Assembly (NCBI GenBank): GCA_001794905.1
Contig: MGLW01000034.1
Coordinates: 1-28,026 of the forward strand
Source: Chlamydiae bacterium RIFCSPHIGHO2_12_FULL_49_11
GTDB taxonomy: Bacteria; Chlamydiota; Chlamydiia; Chlamydiales; 2-12-FULL-49-11
DNA length: 28,026 nucleotides
Direction: 5' to 3'
This document shows, one piece after another, positions 1 to 9,400 of the stretch (position 1 is its first letter; each line of letters starts with the position of its first letter). The translations under genes were made by a program, and so were the position numbers. Under the pieces are notes generated by a model that was not told the origin of the DNA, searched no databases, and saw nothing but the letters and a program-made list of their open reading frames with translations.

Positions 1-1587
1 TCAGACAAGCAGATTGCCGAACCCCTCCTCTTTCGGCTCGATGCCCTCATCGACATCGGGGTCGAATACCTCCATCTGCACCGTAAAACTATGTCCCTCT
101 CCGGCGGAGAAACGCAAAGAGTCCGCCTTGCCAAGCAACTCTCCTCCCCCCTGACCGAAGTCCTCTACATCCTCGACGAACCTTCGGTCGGTCTGCATCC
201 GCACAACCTAGAACAACTCTTCGTCATGATCCGGAACCTGAAAGAAAAGGGCAACACTCTTGTCGTGATCGAACACGACCTTGCCTTCGTGACTCTCGCC
301 GACCACCTGATCGAAACGGGTCCCGGCTCCGGCATCGAGGGGGGCCATATCCTCTATAGCGGACCCGGGTCTAGCATCAGCGGCGCTCCAGAGTCTCAAA
401 TCAAGGACTACCTCTCGGGGGAAAAGACCGTTCCCGTGCCGTCTTACAGACGCAAATCGAAAAGCCGTTTCAAGGTTGAAAACGCAACCCTCCATAATTT
501 ACGCAATTTTTCCTGTACAATTCCTCTCGGCAGTTGGACCGTGGTGACGGGAGTTTCGGGAAGCGGCAAGTCAACCCTCGTGTTCGACCTGATCGAAACG
601 GCGGTACGCAAAAATCTCGCCCTCAAAAAAAATGCCGGGAGTCGTATTGTACTGCCCCAGGTCACTCTCAGCGGAATCCACTCGATCACAAATGTAGTCA
701 CACTGGACCAAAAGCATACCCAAATCACTTCCCGCTCCGACCTTTCTACTTTCGTCGACCTCTTGACACCGCTGCGCATTTTCTATTCTTCCCTTCCCGA
801 AGCGGCGCGGCTTGGCCTCGGTCCGCGCCATTTCAGTTTCAACAGTCCGAGCGGCATGTGCAAAAAATGCAGCGGCCTCGGAACGATCACGATCGACCTC
901 TTATTTCTACCCCAGCAGCAGTTTCCGTGTGGTGAATGCAAGGGGAAAAAGCTGAATGCCGCCGCCCTTTCGATCCGTTATCGCGACCGTAGCGTCGGCG
1001 ATATTCTTTCCCTCCCGGTAAAAAGTGCATACACTCTTCTCGCCGACCTTCCCAAACCGTGCCGTATTCTCGAATCGCTCCTGGAAGTAGGCCTCGGATA
1101 CCTCACCTTGGGCCAGCCGCTCCAAACCCTTTCGGGAGGGGAACTTGCCCGTGTCAAGCTTGCACTTGCCCTCATGAAGCGCTCATCCAAAACCACCCTG
1201 TTTCTCTTTGACGAGCCCACCTCCGGCCTTTCGCAAAATGATATCGAGGTAATCACGACGCTTCTCCACAAACTGGTCGACAGAGGCAACACCCTCCTGA
1301 TGGTGGAGCACAACATCGATATGATGTGTCAGGCCGATCACATCATCGACCTCGGTCCCGGCGGCGGCGAGGATGGCGGCACCCTCATCGCTTCCGGCAC
1401 CCCCGAAGAGGTGGCCTCTTCCCCCGTTTCCAAAACCGCCCCTTTCTTAAAATCAGCGCTCTCAGGTATAATCGGCCGCGCTGAGGAGCTCGGGAGCGGT
1501 CATGTTTTCGAACCGGGTCAGGACCGGAAGGTAGCAGCCCTAAGAAATCCTCTCTCCGGCCCCGATGCCTCTTCAGCTCTTTTATAG
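1..1587 (+). CDS. uvrA: Excinuclease ABC subunit A, C-terminal part (5'-truncated by the window edge)
   Basis: Frame is open from base 1 (SDKQIAEPLL...). It has two LSGGE signatures, Walker B motifs LYILDEP and FLFDEP, Walker A GVSGSGKS, a zinc finger CKKC...CGEC and the DLGPGGGEDGG motif. The last ~35 codons overlap the SRP RNA. Confidence 0.95.
   Translation, partial: SDKQIAEPLLFRLDALIDIGVEYLHLHRKTMSLSGGETQRVRLAKQLSSPLTEVLYILDEPSVGLHPHNLEQLFVMIRNLKEKGNTLVVIEHDLAFVTLADHLIETGPGSGIEGGHILYSGPGSSISGAPESQIKDYLSGEKTVPVPSYRRKSKSRFKVENATLHNLRNFSCTIPLGSWTVVTGVSGSGKSTLVFDLIETAVRKNLALKKNAGSRIVLPQVTLSGIHSITNVVTLDQKHTQITSRSDLSTFVDLLTPLRIFYSSLPEAARLGLGPRHFSFNSPSGMCKKCSGLGTITIDLLFLPQQQFPCGECKGKKLNAAALSIRYRDRSVGDILSLPVKSAYTLLADLPKPCRILESLLEVGLGYLTLGQPLQTLSGGELARVKLALALMKRSSKTTLFLFDEPTSGLSQNDIEVITTLLHKLVDRGNTLLMVEHNIDMMCQADHIIDLGPGGGEDGGTLIASGTPEEVASSPVSKTAPFLKSALSGIIGRAEELGSGHVFEPGQDRKVAALRNPLSGPDASSALL
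1467..1472 (+). promoter_or_regulatory. Putative -10 box (TATAAT) for the SRP RNA, inside uvrA
   Basis: Perfect TATAAT 7 nt upstream of the predicted SRP RNA 5' end; no clear -35. Confidence 0.6.
1480..1577 (+). ncRNA. ffs: Small bacterial signal recognition particle RNA (4.5S RNA)
   Basis: Conserved domain IV core GGGTCAGGACCGGAAGGTAGCAGCCC with GGAA tetraloop. Closing helix GCTGAGGAG (1480-1488) pairs with CTCTTCAGC (1569-1577), inner helix TCGGG/CCCGA, followed by TCTTTT. Confidence 0.93.
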
Positions 1588-1591
1588 CAGA

Positions 1592-2566
1592 TTAAAAGAT
1601 GAGGCCGCAGGCGATGTTGGCCGTGTAGAAATAAAGATGTGATTTTGCCCAGGTGCTCGTGATAGCAACGTTGTAGCGGTACTGGCGGGGCGCTTTTGCG
1701 ATGTTCCAGAGAGCGAGAAACTCGAAAAACGGCTTGATGTAAAATTCTCCAAATTCGAAAACCACGTAAGGGGTGATTTCCAATCCTTGGGAAAACCGGA
1801 CCCAAGTTTTTTTCTGGTCTACAAAAAGTGTCGCATCATTATCAATGTAGAAAGTGTATTTTTGCACAATCGTATTGGCATAGAGAGCGCCGCGCGTACT
1901 AATGCCCCAAGTGAAATACCAGGTGGGATTGTTTGAAAAGTCGAAACCGAATTGCAATCCTCCCAAATAGTTTTTTTCCTGGGAACTGCCTGTAGAAACC
2001 GACTTGACATTATCCGTATACCGGACCGAGGAAAGGCTCATCGTATCGCGAAGTTGAATATAGCGGGGGCCCAAATTGAGGCCGAAAGAAAAATAGTCGC
2101 GCCGCTTCGGCGTTGCCTGATAAATCCATGCAATGTCAAACGAATTGAAGAGGAGATTGTCTCTGGCATAGACATCGTTTGCCTCTGCCCATTGAAGAGA
2201 ATAATGGGGTGTGAGAGGGACGTGGATGAGCTGCGATGCGTTGTATACTTCACTGTGGCCGCTCCATTGCAAGAGCCCGAGGAACCTCCCCTGCAACTCA
2301 TTTTGGAATGTGGGAAGGATTGTGGCCGTAAGGCGCAGCCCGCTTGCAAACGAGCTGCCGAGGACGCCGGATTCACTCATTGCCGTACCTGTCGACACGC
2401 CGTTTTGAGCAAGAAAAAACATCGCCCTGTCCGTGGAGGGTTTGGCACGCCACGTTGCTGCATAGGCAGCGTCCACTTGCAAATAATAATCCCTTTCGGT
2501 AACAAGATCCTTATCGGCGGCAAGAAGAAGCGCCGAGAGAAACAGCAAAAAGAAGATCCTTTTCAT
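1592..2566 (-). CDS. Putative outer-membrane beta-barrel protein (324 aa)
   Basis: Start reassigned to ATG 2566 (signal peptide MKRIFFLLFLSALLLAA). Alternating aromatic/hydrophobic strands and a C-terminal Phe (ACGLIF). Confidence 0.7.
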   Translation of the reverse strand: MKRIFFLLFLSALLLAADKDLVTERDYYLQVDAAYAATWRAKPSTDRAMFFLAQNGVSTGTAMSESGVLGSSFASGLRLTATILPTFQNELQGRFLGLLQWSGHSEVYNASQLIHVPLTPHYSLQWAEANDVYARDNLLFNSFDIAWIYQATPKRRDYFSFGLNLGPRYIQLRDTMSLSSVRYTDNVKSVSTGSSQEKNYLGGLQFGFDFSNNPTWYFTWGISTRGALYANTIVQKYTFYIDNDATLFVDQKKTWVRFSQGLEITPYVVFEFGEFYIKPFFEFLALWNIAKAPRQYRYNVAITSTWAKSHLYFYTANIACGLIF

Positions 2567-2615
2567 CCCCTTCAATGTAGTGGATATGGGCCGATTTCTT
2601 CCAGAAAATAAAATC

Positions 2616-2644
2616 TTTACTACATAATAAAATATATGTAAACT
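2616..2644 (+). promoter_or_regulatory. Putative sigma70-type promoter for the 1249-aa gene
   Basis: TTTACT-17 bp-TAAACT, overlapping the inverted repeat TACATA-N8-TATGTA. Confidence 0.45.
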
Positions 2645-2663
2645 TGTTGCAAAAGAGAGAACA

Positions 2664-5600
2664 ATGTCGCATTTCATTGGCGGTTTATTGGGAGGAGGTT
2701 TCGAAACTCTCGTCAGCCGTATCACCGAAGGACCGGGGCAGTATGACTTGTTTCCGCGACTGAAAGAAATTGTCGATTCTCTCATGGCCCATTACGGGGC
2801 ATATAAAAATTGCAAGCACCGTTTTGCAGCCAAACATCTGCTTGGTTTTCCTCGCACCGATGCAGAACAGCAAAAACTCAACCGGCGCTCCTTGAAACTC
2901 CTGAGCGATATTCATCGGCTCAATCTCTTTTTTCAAAAGAAACTCCCCTTTTTCGAAGAACTCGGTAACAAACTGCTCGACACCCCCGATATGCCCCTCA
3001 AATCATTGCCGGAAGAACTGTCGACCGAACAAAGGTTGAAACAATCGGTCAGAGCGGTTCAAGAAAGAGAACTGAGTGCAGAACAGATTAGGAATCATGT
3101 TCTGAAAAGGTTATCGCCTCAGGAACATAATAACGTTCTTCTGAAATATTTAAATACGCTTCTTCCGAAAAAGCTCGTATCGAAAATGTCGATGCGAAAC
3201 AGCTTTACGAGAGAGTTTGCCCAATTGCCAAATCTCGCACGCACTTTTTTACAAGCAGTGGAAGGGCCTCACGACCTTGCAGTCATCATTCCGGAAAAAA
3301 TTCCACGTCGCTCAAAACAAGCGCACAAAGAGACGAAACGTCAATTTTTCGGTAAAGTAAACGCGCTTCAAAAATTTTTGAAGGAGTGCGAGCAACGTTT
3401 CCCGGATAAATTAAAAAAATCGAACACATTGGACCTTTTATGGGAAAAAGTGCTCGAATCGTTGTATCACAAACTTGGCAAACTTTCGACACCTACGGGT
3501 GTGCAGAATGTCCCAATTTTTAAGCTGGCCACCCCCCGCTTTGAAACGGGGAAAAAAGACGAAAATTATCCCCGGCCCACCGGCAGTAGCGAAGTGGGTC
3601 TCATGATTTCCAATTTTTTTCGTAGTGACAACGCCCTAGGGGCAAAAATAGAGCTCGTAAAAACCTGGATTTGGATCATGATCCTCTCCAACACGAAAAA
3701 AACTTCACAAGGGGGGAGGGATCATACCCTCCCTATCTCCGAAGTGCAAACGGTTATTTTAGACGCGCTCCGAGGAACCATTACGATGGATCGAGCTCTA
3801 AAACGGATCGGGGAACTTTTCGGCCCTGATGTCATCTCGATCAACAACATTTATGAATTTTGCCTCGGCGCCAAAAGCCCCGCTGCCGATACAATCGACG
3901 AAATGACGAAGAGGTTGGAAACTTTATACCGGAGATATGACGAAAGAATTCCACAAAGCGTCACACGCGAAACATTGGAACAAACCATCGACTGTTTTGC
4001 GGGCGCGTCGGCTTTTTCCCTTTACTATCAACTGGTCAAAGGAATTGTCGGAACTCGGCATATTCGTACGTTTCATGCCATCATGAGTCCCCTTCCACAA
4101 GATGCGCTCACAAATCGGGAGGCTTTACGAAATGCCATATACGAAGGAATTGATTGGACTAGCGTCCCCTTTCTCAAAAAGATAGTCATCCATCTAGCTC
4201 TCCCCTTTTTCCGTATTTTGACTAATCTGGTTTTCCATCGCATCATGAACTTCAGTAGATCGATCAGCATCTCGATGGTAGACGGATCCTTGTCCGAGCG
4301 GATGCCTGTGATTTTGGACAAGCTGCGCCAGGTGTTTGAAACGGTCAAATGGGGCATGGTTTCGTGGGATGAAAAAGAAGGGGTTTCGGCTCTTGCTAAG
4401 GAAGTCTACCTTGCAGCGTATTTTAAACAGAAGCCCGTGCCCGGCATCCGGGCAAGTGCGATCACTTTCCCTTCCCATAGCAGAGATACCGAGGTCCATT
4501 CCCGTTTTGCCACCGCCCTTCTCGAACATTACGGCCTCTATTTTGCTTTCAGGCAGGCTTTTGTCGATGCGAAAGATTCGATTGACAAAGCGTTGCAGAC
4601 TCTCCCCAAGCCGGTTCGTTTCCTTTTGAATGTGGTTCTTTTTGTCCCAATCCTGGCTATGATCATCACAAGGGTGCTTCTCGTCGCTCCCGTCGAAATT
4701 TTATGCAATTTCATCCTAAAGTGGATTGTCCACTTTTTTGCACGCCGTACAAGCTATATCACCGATTTCATCAAGGGACGCATCGAAGCCCTTTCTTCCC
4801 GGCACCGGGTCTCCCTTTTGACCCCCCTCGAAGGATCTCTTCTCAGGACCCTCCGTGACACCGTGAGCTCCATCGCAGAAATGGAGAGAAATGCGGAAAG
4901 CGCGCTTCCCGTATCCGAATCGCGATATATGGAAAAAATGCTTGCTCTCATGAGTTCCATGCATATGGCAACCCAATACTTTTCGTGCCACAGTCCCGAT
5001 GATGTGCATCAAAAAAAGCAGATGCTCACCTCGAGCGGATGGATCGACCTCTTGGAAAAACTTCTCGCTCCCGGCCTGCGCCCTTCGATTGCCCTTTCCA
5101 TGGGGCGGCTCCTCGAATCGTTCATCAAACCCGAAGGACTTCAAAACCACCTTGCCACCCTTTTTTCTTCCATGACGGGAAGTATCCTCCACGCCGATAA
5201 GGAAAATACCACAGAGGAAGAAAAAGTGGAAAACCTGGCCTGTATGTGCAAAGAACTAAAACGCATCATCTACAACAAGGAAGTGGATAACCCCGCCATC
5301 AAATTGCAACAAATTGCAACTTTCCTTAACTCTCATACCGCCCCGCTTCCGGACGATGTAGACAAAACTGCTCTCCTTGCCATCGGTGACGTCAATCTGG
5401 TCGAAGCCGGGCTACAGCGATGGATGCAGCTCCACCATATTGAAGACATGGTGGAACCACGTGAACTCATTGAAAAATACCTCCGTATTCTCCTCCTTTA
5501 TTCGATCCGTTTGGGAACCCGCAAATTTGAAAAACCGCATGCGATGGACCGCGAACTCACTTTGCAGATCGAAAAATTCAAAGATCTCCTTCTTGCCTCC

Positions 5601-6413
5601 GGCGGTCTCATCCCGCGCCTGGAACAGCTCATTTCGGTTCTTCCCGACGCCGGGAGCGAAACCTTCGAGCAAAATATCAGGGGCGCCATGGAACTCATCC
5701 TCAATTTTCGCGAAACGGCACGGGCCGAGCTCATGGAAATGCAGTCCAATAACCGGATCGGAATGCCGACCTGGCAAGTCCATGCAGCCAATGTAAGCGC
5801 CCTGCTGGAAAGACTTACTTTCATTGAAAAACAGTTCCGTATCCTCATCGATACTCTGCCTGAAGTGCGTGAGCTTTTTGCCTTGCTGGAACAAAAAATA
5901 GGGACCGGTATTGCAAGCGAACGTCCGGCAATCCGGGAAATGGTAAACCGGCTTGAACAGAAAGAAGAATTCATGGGAATTCCGTCTTACGTATATGATC
6001 TCAACATAATAAAAAAACGCATCCCGTGGATGGACGCTTCTTCTTCCGATGAGGAAGAAATGCACCTCACCGTCGAAGATGACCATATCGTCGGACAGGC
6101 TCCTCCCACCCCTTCTCCGACGCCTCCGGAAGCTCACGGATATGAGGATGCCGTCATCAGGACCGCAACCGAGGGCGCCCTCGAGACCTTAGGCCTCCTG
6201 AGGGAACAGGCTGCCAGCCAGTTGGAAAACATTTATTTTCACCATATCGACATGCTCGATTCCCTCTTTGAACTTCCCATCGCTCGCTTCATCCAGAACC
6301 GTATTTTAGAGGCTCTTATCTCTGAGGGAGAAGAACTTCTGGAAACACTCCAAGCCCCCTCTACGCTTCGGCTTTTTGCCGGAGTCCTCATGGAATCGTT
6401 CACTAAAAAATAA
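2664..6413 (+). CDS. Large hypothetical protein (1249 aa), helical with central hydrophobic segments; candidate effector or membrane protein
   Basis: Long uninterrupted ORF with hydrophobic stretches (e.g. FLLNVVLFVPILAMIITRVLLVAPVEIL) and an acidic/Pro-rich linker near the C-terminus. No recognisable catalytic motif. Confidence 0.85.
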   Translation: MSHFIGGLLGGGFETLVSRITEGPGQYDLFPRLKEIVDSLMAHYGAYKNCKHRFAAKHLLGFPRTDAEQQKLNRRSLKLLSDIHRLNLFFQKKLPFFEELGNKLLDTPDMPLKSLPEELSTEQRLKQSVRAVQERELSAEQIRNHVLKRLSPQEHNNVLLKYLNTLLPKKLVSKMSMRNSFTREFAQLPNLARTFLQAVEGPHDLAVIIPEKIPRRSKQAHKETKRQFFGKVNALQKFLKECEQRFPDKLKKSNTLDLLWEKVLESLYHKLGKLSTPTGVQNVPIFKLATPRFETGKKDENYPRPTGSSEVGLMISNFFRSDNALGAKIELVKTWIWIMILSNTKKTSQGGRDHTLPISEVQTVILDALRGTITMDRALKRIGELFGPDVISINNIYEFCLGAKSPAADTIDEMTKRLETLYRRYDERIPQSVTRETLEQTIDCFAGASAFSLYYQLVKGIVGTRHIRTFHAIMSPLPQDALTNREALRNAIYEGIDWTSVPFLKKIVIHLALPFFRILTNLVFHRIMNFSRSISISMVDGSLSERMPVILDKLRQVFETVKWGMVSWDEKEGVSALAKEVYLAAYFKQKPVPGIRASAITFPSHSRDTEVHSRFATALLEHYGLYFAFRQAFVDAKDSIDKALQTLPKPVRFLLNVVLFVPILAMIITRVLLVAPVEILCNFILKWIVHFFARRTSYITDFIKGRIEALSSRHRVSLLTPLEGSLLRTLRDTVSSIAEMERNAESALPVSESRYMEKMLALMSSMHMATQYFSCHSPDDVHQKKQMLTSSGWIDLLEKLLAPGLRPSIALSMGRLLESFIKPEGLQNHLATLFSSMTGSILHADKENTTEEEKVENLACMCKELKRIIYNKEVDNPAIKLQQIATFLNSHTAPLPDDVDKTALLAIGDVNLVEAGLQRWMQLHHIEDMVEPRELIEKYLRILLLYSIRLGTRKFEKPHAMDRELTLQIEKFKDLLLASGGLIPRLEQLISVLPDAGSETFEQNIRGAMELILNFRETARAELMEMQSNNRIGMPTWQVHAANVSALLERLTFIEKQFRILIDTLPEVRELFALLEQKIGTGIASERPAIREMVNRLEQKEEFMGIPSYVYDLNIIKKRIPWMDASSSDEEEMHLTVEDDHIVGQAPPTPSPTPPEAHGYEDAVIRTATEGALETLGLLREQAASQLENIYFHHIDMLDSLFELPIARFIQNRILEALISEGEELLETLQAPSTLRLFAGVLMESFTKK

Positions 6414-6438
6414 ACTTATTCATACTTATTATTTTACA

Positions 6439-6467
6439 TTTACGTAATCACAAATTATAGATATAAT
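6439..6467 (+). promoter_or_regulatory. Putative sigma70-type promoter for the 1591-aa gene
   Basis: TTTACG-17 bp-TATAAT, then AAGAGG SD before ATG 6496. Confidence 0.55.
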
Positions 6468-6495
6468 TATCCATGTAATTCAAAGAGGATTTGCC

Positions 6496-9400
6496 ATGGA
6501 TTGGCTGAAGAGAATCGGAACCGCCGTCGTTGATAGATTTTCACATACTGATCAAGAAGGAGATGTAGCTATACAATTGGCGCAGGAAACGATCCGGCAA
6601 GCGGCCGCTACATCTTCGCCGGCAAAGCCCCAAGCACAAGAAACCAACCCGTCTTCATCACAACATAAAGAAGTCCAAACGACCACATCGTCGCAGACGG
6701 CAGCGGCCCCGGCAGCACCTTTAACTATATTGGCAATACGGGTAACAAGGGTAGTCAATGCTCACTTTTTCGTAGAACCTCGGAAGTTTTCCCCTCAACT
6801 GCAGCGACCCCTCATCCGATCGTTTTTGGATAACCTGGACCTATTTTTTTCTACCATCATCCAACCAAATCGTCATAGCCAGGGAGAAATTTATTCCCAT
6901 CTCAAAAGAGTTACCGGTATATTCGATTCCCTTCTAGGAGGAATGAAACCGGAAGAAGTACTCTCCGAGATCGCAAATTACAACCGGGGAATACAGGAGC
7001 TTAAGAAATTTTTCGCAAATAGAGAACCGAAAGACGTAAAACGGTTTTTAGATTACTTGCACGAGCAAACCTCACAAGCGGATCGAAAACGTAGTCTGAC
7101 TGAATTTGAGGTAGACGATGCCTTTCTGGTCGAGTTTGACCGGCTTGAAAAGATGCGGCACGTTCTGGAAAATTTTGCAACCGAATTTCCAGAGCTGGAT
7201 CCTCAAGAAGCGATCCGAAAATTCCTCGGAAAACATAACCAACTGATCGTTGACCTATTTCAATACCAAAATATTTTGGAAGGGAAAGAAAGCAGCACGC
7301 GTGAGGAACTTTCCGGTCTGAGGTGTAGGATTGCCAAAGGAGTATATTTTGTTTCACTTTCGGCTTTGAAACAAATGCAAACTCAGGATGTGGTACAAAA
7401 CGTCCTTTCCGCAATTGATAAAGCCTGCCATGATAGCGCAGCAGCGGTGCAAAAGTCGGCAGCCGCTTTCATTCAGGACCAAATTAACAAACCACCTGAA
7501 GGGTCAGACTGCGATATTCCCCCGATCCTTAAAAGAGGACCTTCGTACGCTTTCCATCACATGCCTCACGGTACAGGTGCAAATCGCCTGGAAGAGCTCC
7601 GGAATATTTTCATCACACCCCAGGCTGCTATTTCTCCCGAGACCCTCGTTCCGATCGATGCACTCCATGAAGCGGTTAGTCGCCCCACTACACGCCAAAA
7701 GCTTCTTTCAGCTCTCGACGGGAGTCTGGCTTCTGTCCGCAAGCTCTTAAACGGCAGGTCTCCCGGTGAATATCACGAGCAGGTGCTCGCAAACGAACAG
7801 CAAATTGCAGAGCTCGAAGAAGGCATAGCAAACGAATCTATTGATTTCGATAGTCCAGATCTTCCAACACACCTCATAGGTAAAAACCCCGCGCTTCTAG
7901 ATGCGGTCAATCGGCTTCTGCTACTCCGCAAAGAGCATGAACATCTTCTCGGACATCTTTCCGCACTCTTCCCCTTTTCCGATCCTAGCGACATCTGGAA
8001 AAACATTTCTGCTCTGGGTGTATTTTACGATCTTGTTTCCCGCTACCGCACTCTCATGGATGCCACCACAACCCTGCCTATTTCGAAAGCCGACCTATTC
8101 CGGCTCAAGGAGGACTTGATCCAAACTACAGCGCGTCTTGATATAAAGAGCATTTATGCCGTTTTTGCAAAAATTCCGACCGGCAATGAGGGCTTGGCGG
8201 ACCGTCTTTATAGCTGGGGAAAAACCAAAGCAGAGGAAGCGGTGCAAAAAATGATGGATCTTCTCCCCCTTTCCTCAAAGGTAGATACCGAAATCATCGA
8301 TATCGACGCGCCCCTGATTGAAGTAATGGAAGAAGGGCACCTTCTCGACCGCCGTCCCGACGTTTCGATCGGACAACTTTTGAACCTTTTATGGAGGGCA
8401 AAAAAAGAGGGAGCCTCCGATGAGAAGAAGAAATGGGCTAAATGGGCTCTTGAACTTGCCGTGAAAAAATTCCTCCTTGAACATTCCGGAAAAGATCCAA
8501 CAGCCGATGAAAAGACGCTTAAGACGGTAAATAGCGTTCTTCACGGACTCGTGGACCAGATCTACGATATGCACTCGGAAGGGGCTCTGCCTGAGTGGAT
8601 TCATGAAAGGCTCCAGCAGTTGCACGGAACAATGCTCGATTTCAATGACCTGTTCACGACACCTCTCATTTCAATAACAGGAAGTGAAGAACCGGAAAAG
8701 CCGGATAGTCTGGAAAAAACACTCCGGCAGAATTTACAAAAATTGAAGGAGCTCAGTGCCCCGCCTGTAAACAAGACGCCTCCTTCTGCTGCGGATCTCC
8801 TCGGCGGACTGCAAGTCGCCGGCGATCTTTTCGTTTTGAAACTCGTAACCCAGTACCTTTCCGGAAGACCCGCCGATACGGACCCGATCGGAAATCTTCA
8901 CAAAGTTTTGAGTAACTCCACCCTTGATACGGGTACGGTAGTTACAAAATTTGTCAAAGAACTCAGAGAAAGCATCCGGACAAATCAACATATCGGATGG
9001 CTGCGCCGCAAAATTATTTCCGCACTCATTCCCTTTTTGTTTGGTGTCATCCACCTCATTCTTGGAGTTGTCTTTGATAGCCTTCGCAAGGCATTTCATG
9101 AAGATACCGAAAACGGGGGAGATGAAAATAAAAAAATCGAAGATAGAAAAAGTTTTTTCCTTGCCTTTTTCAACCGTTTTATCTTCTCTATGAAGGATAT
9201 TCTTCATCAATGCCCCGTCAATCGAAGCCTTACTGAATATTTTGACGAGGTGGCCGGACAGGTAGAGAAACCTCAGAGATCCGCTCCCCATATCCTTCCG
9301 TTTATGTCGACTGCCGATCTGGATGCATCTATGGTACGGCATTTTTTACAAGACTACTCGGTTCGCGTCACAATTCGAAGCATATTTGATGTTCCCATCA

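Noticed and set aside
2567-2785. 73-aa N-terminal extension of the beta-barrel ORF
   Set aside because: It overlaps the divergent 1249-aa gene and its promoter; the signal peptide begins at ATG 2566.
6040-6155. FFAT-like motif (GYEDA after an acidic tract) in the 1249-aa protein
   Set aside because: Too weak a match to EFFDAxE and not reproduced in the paralog.
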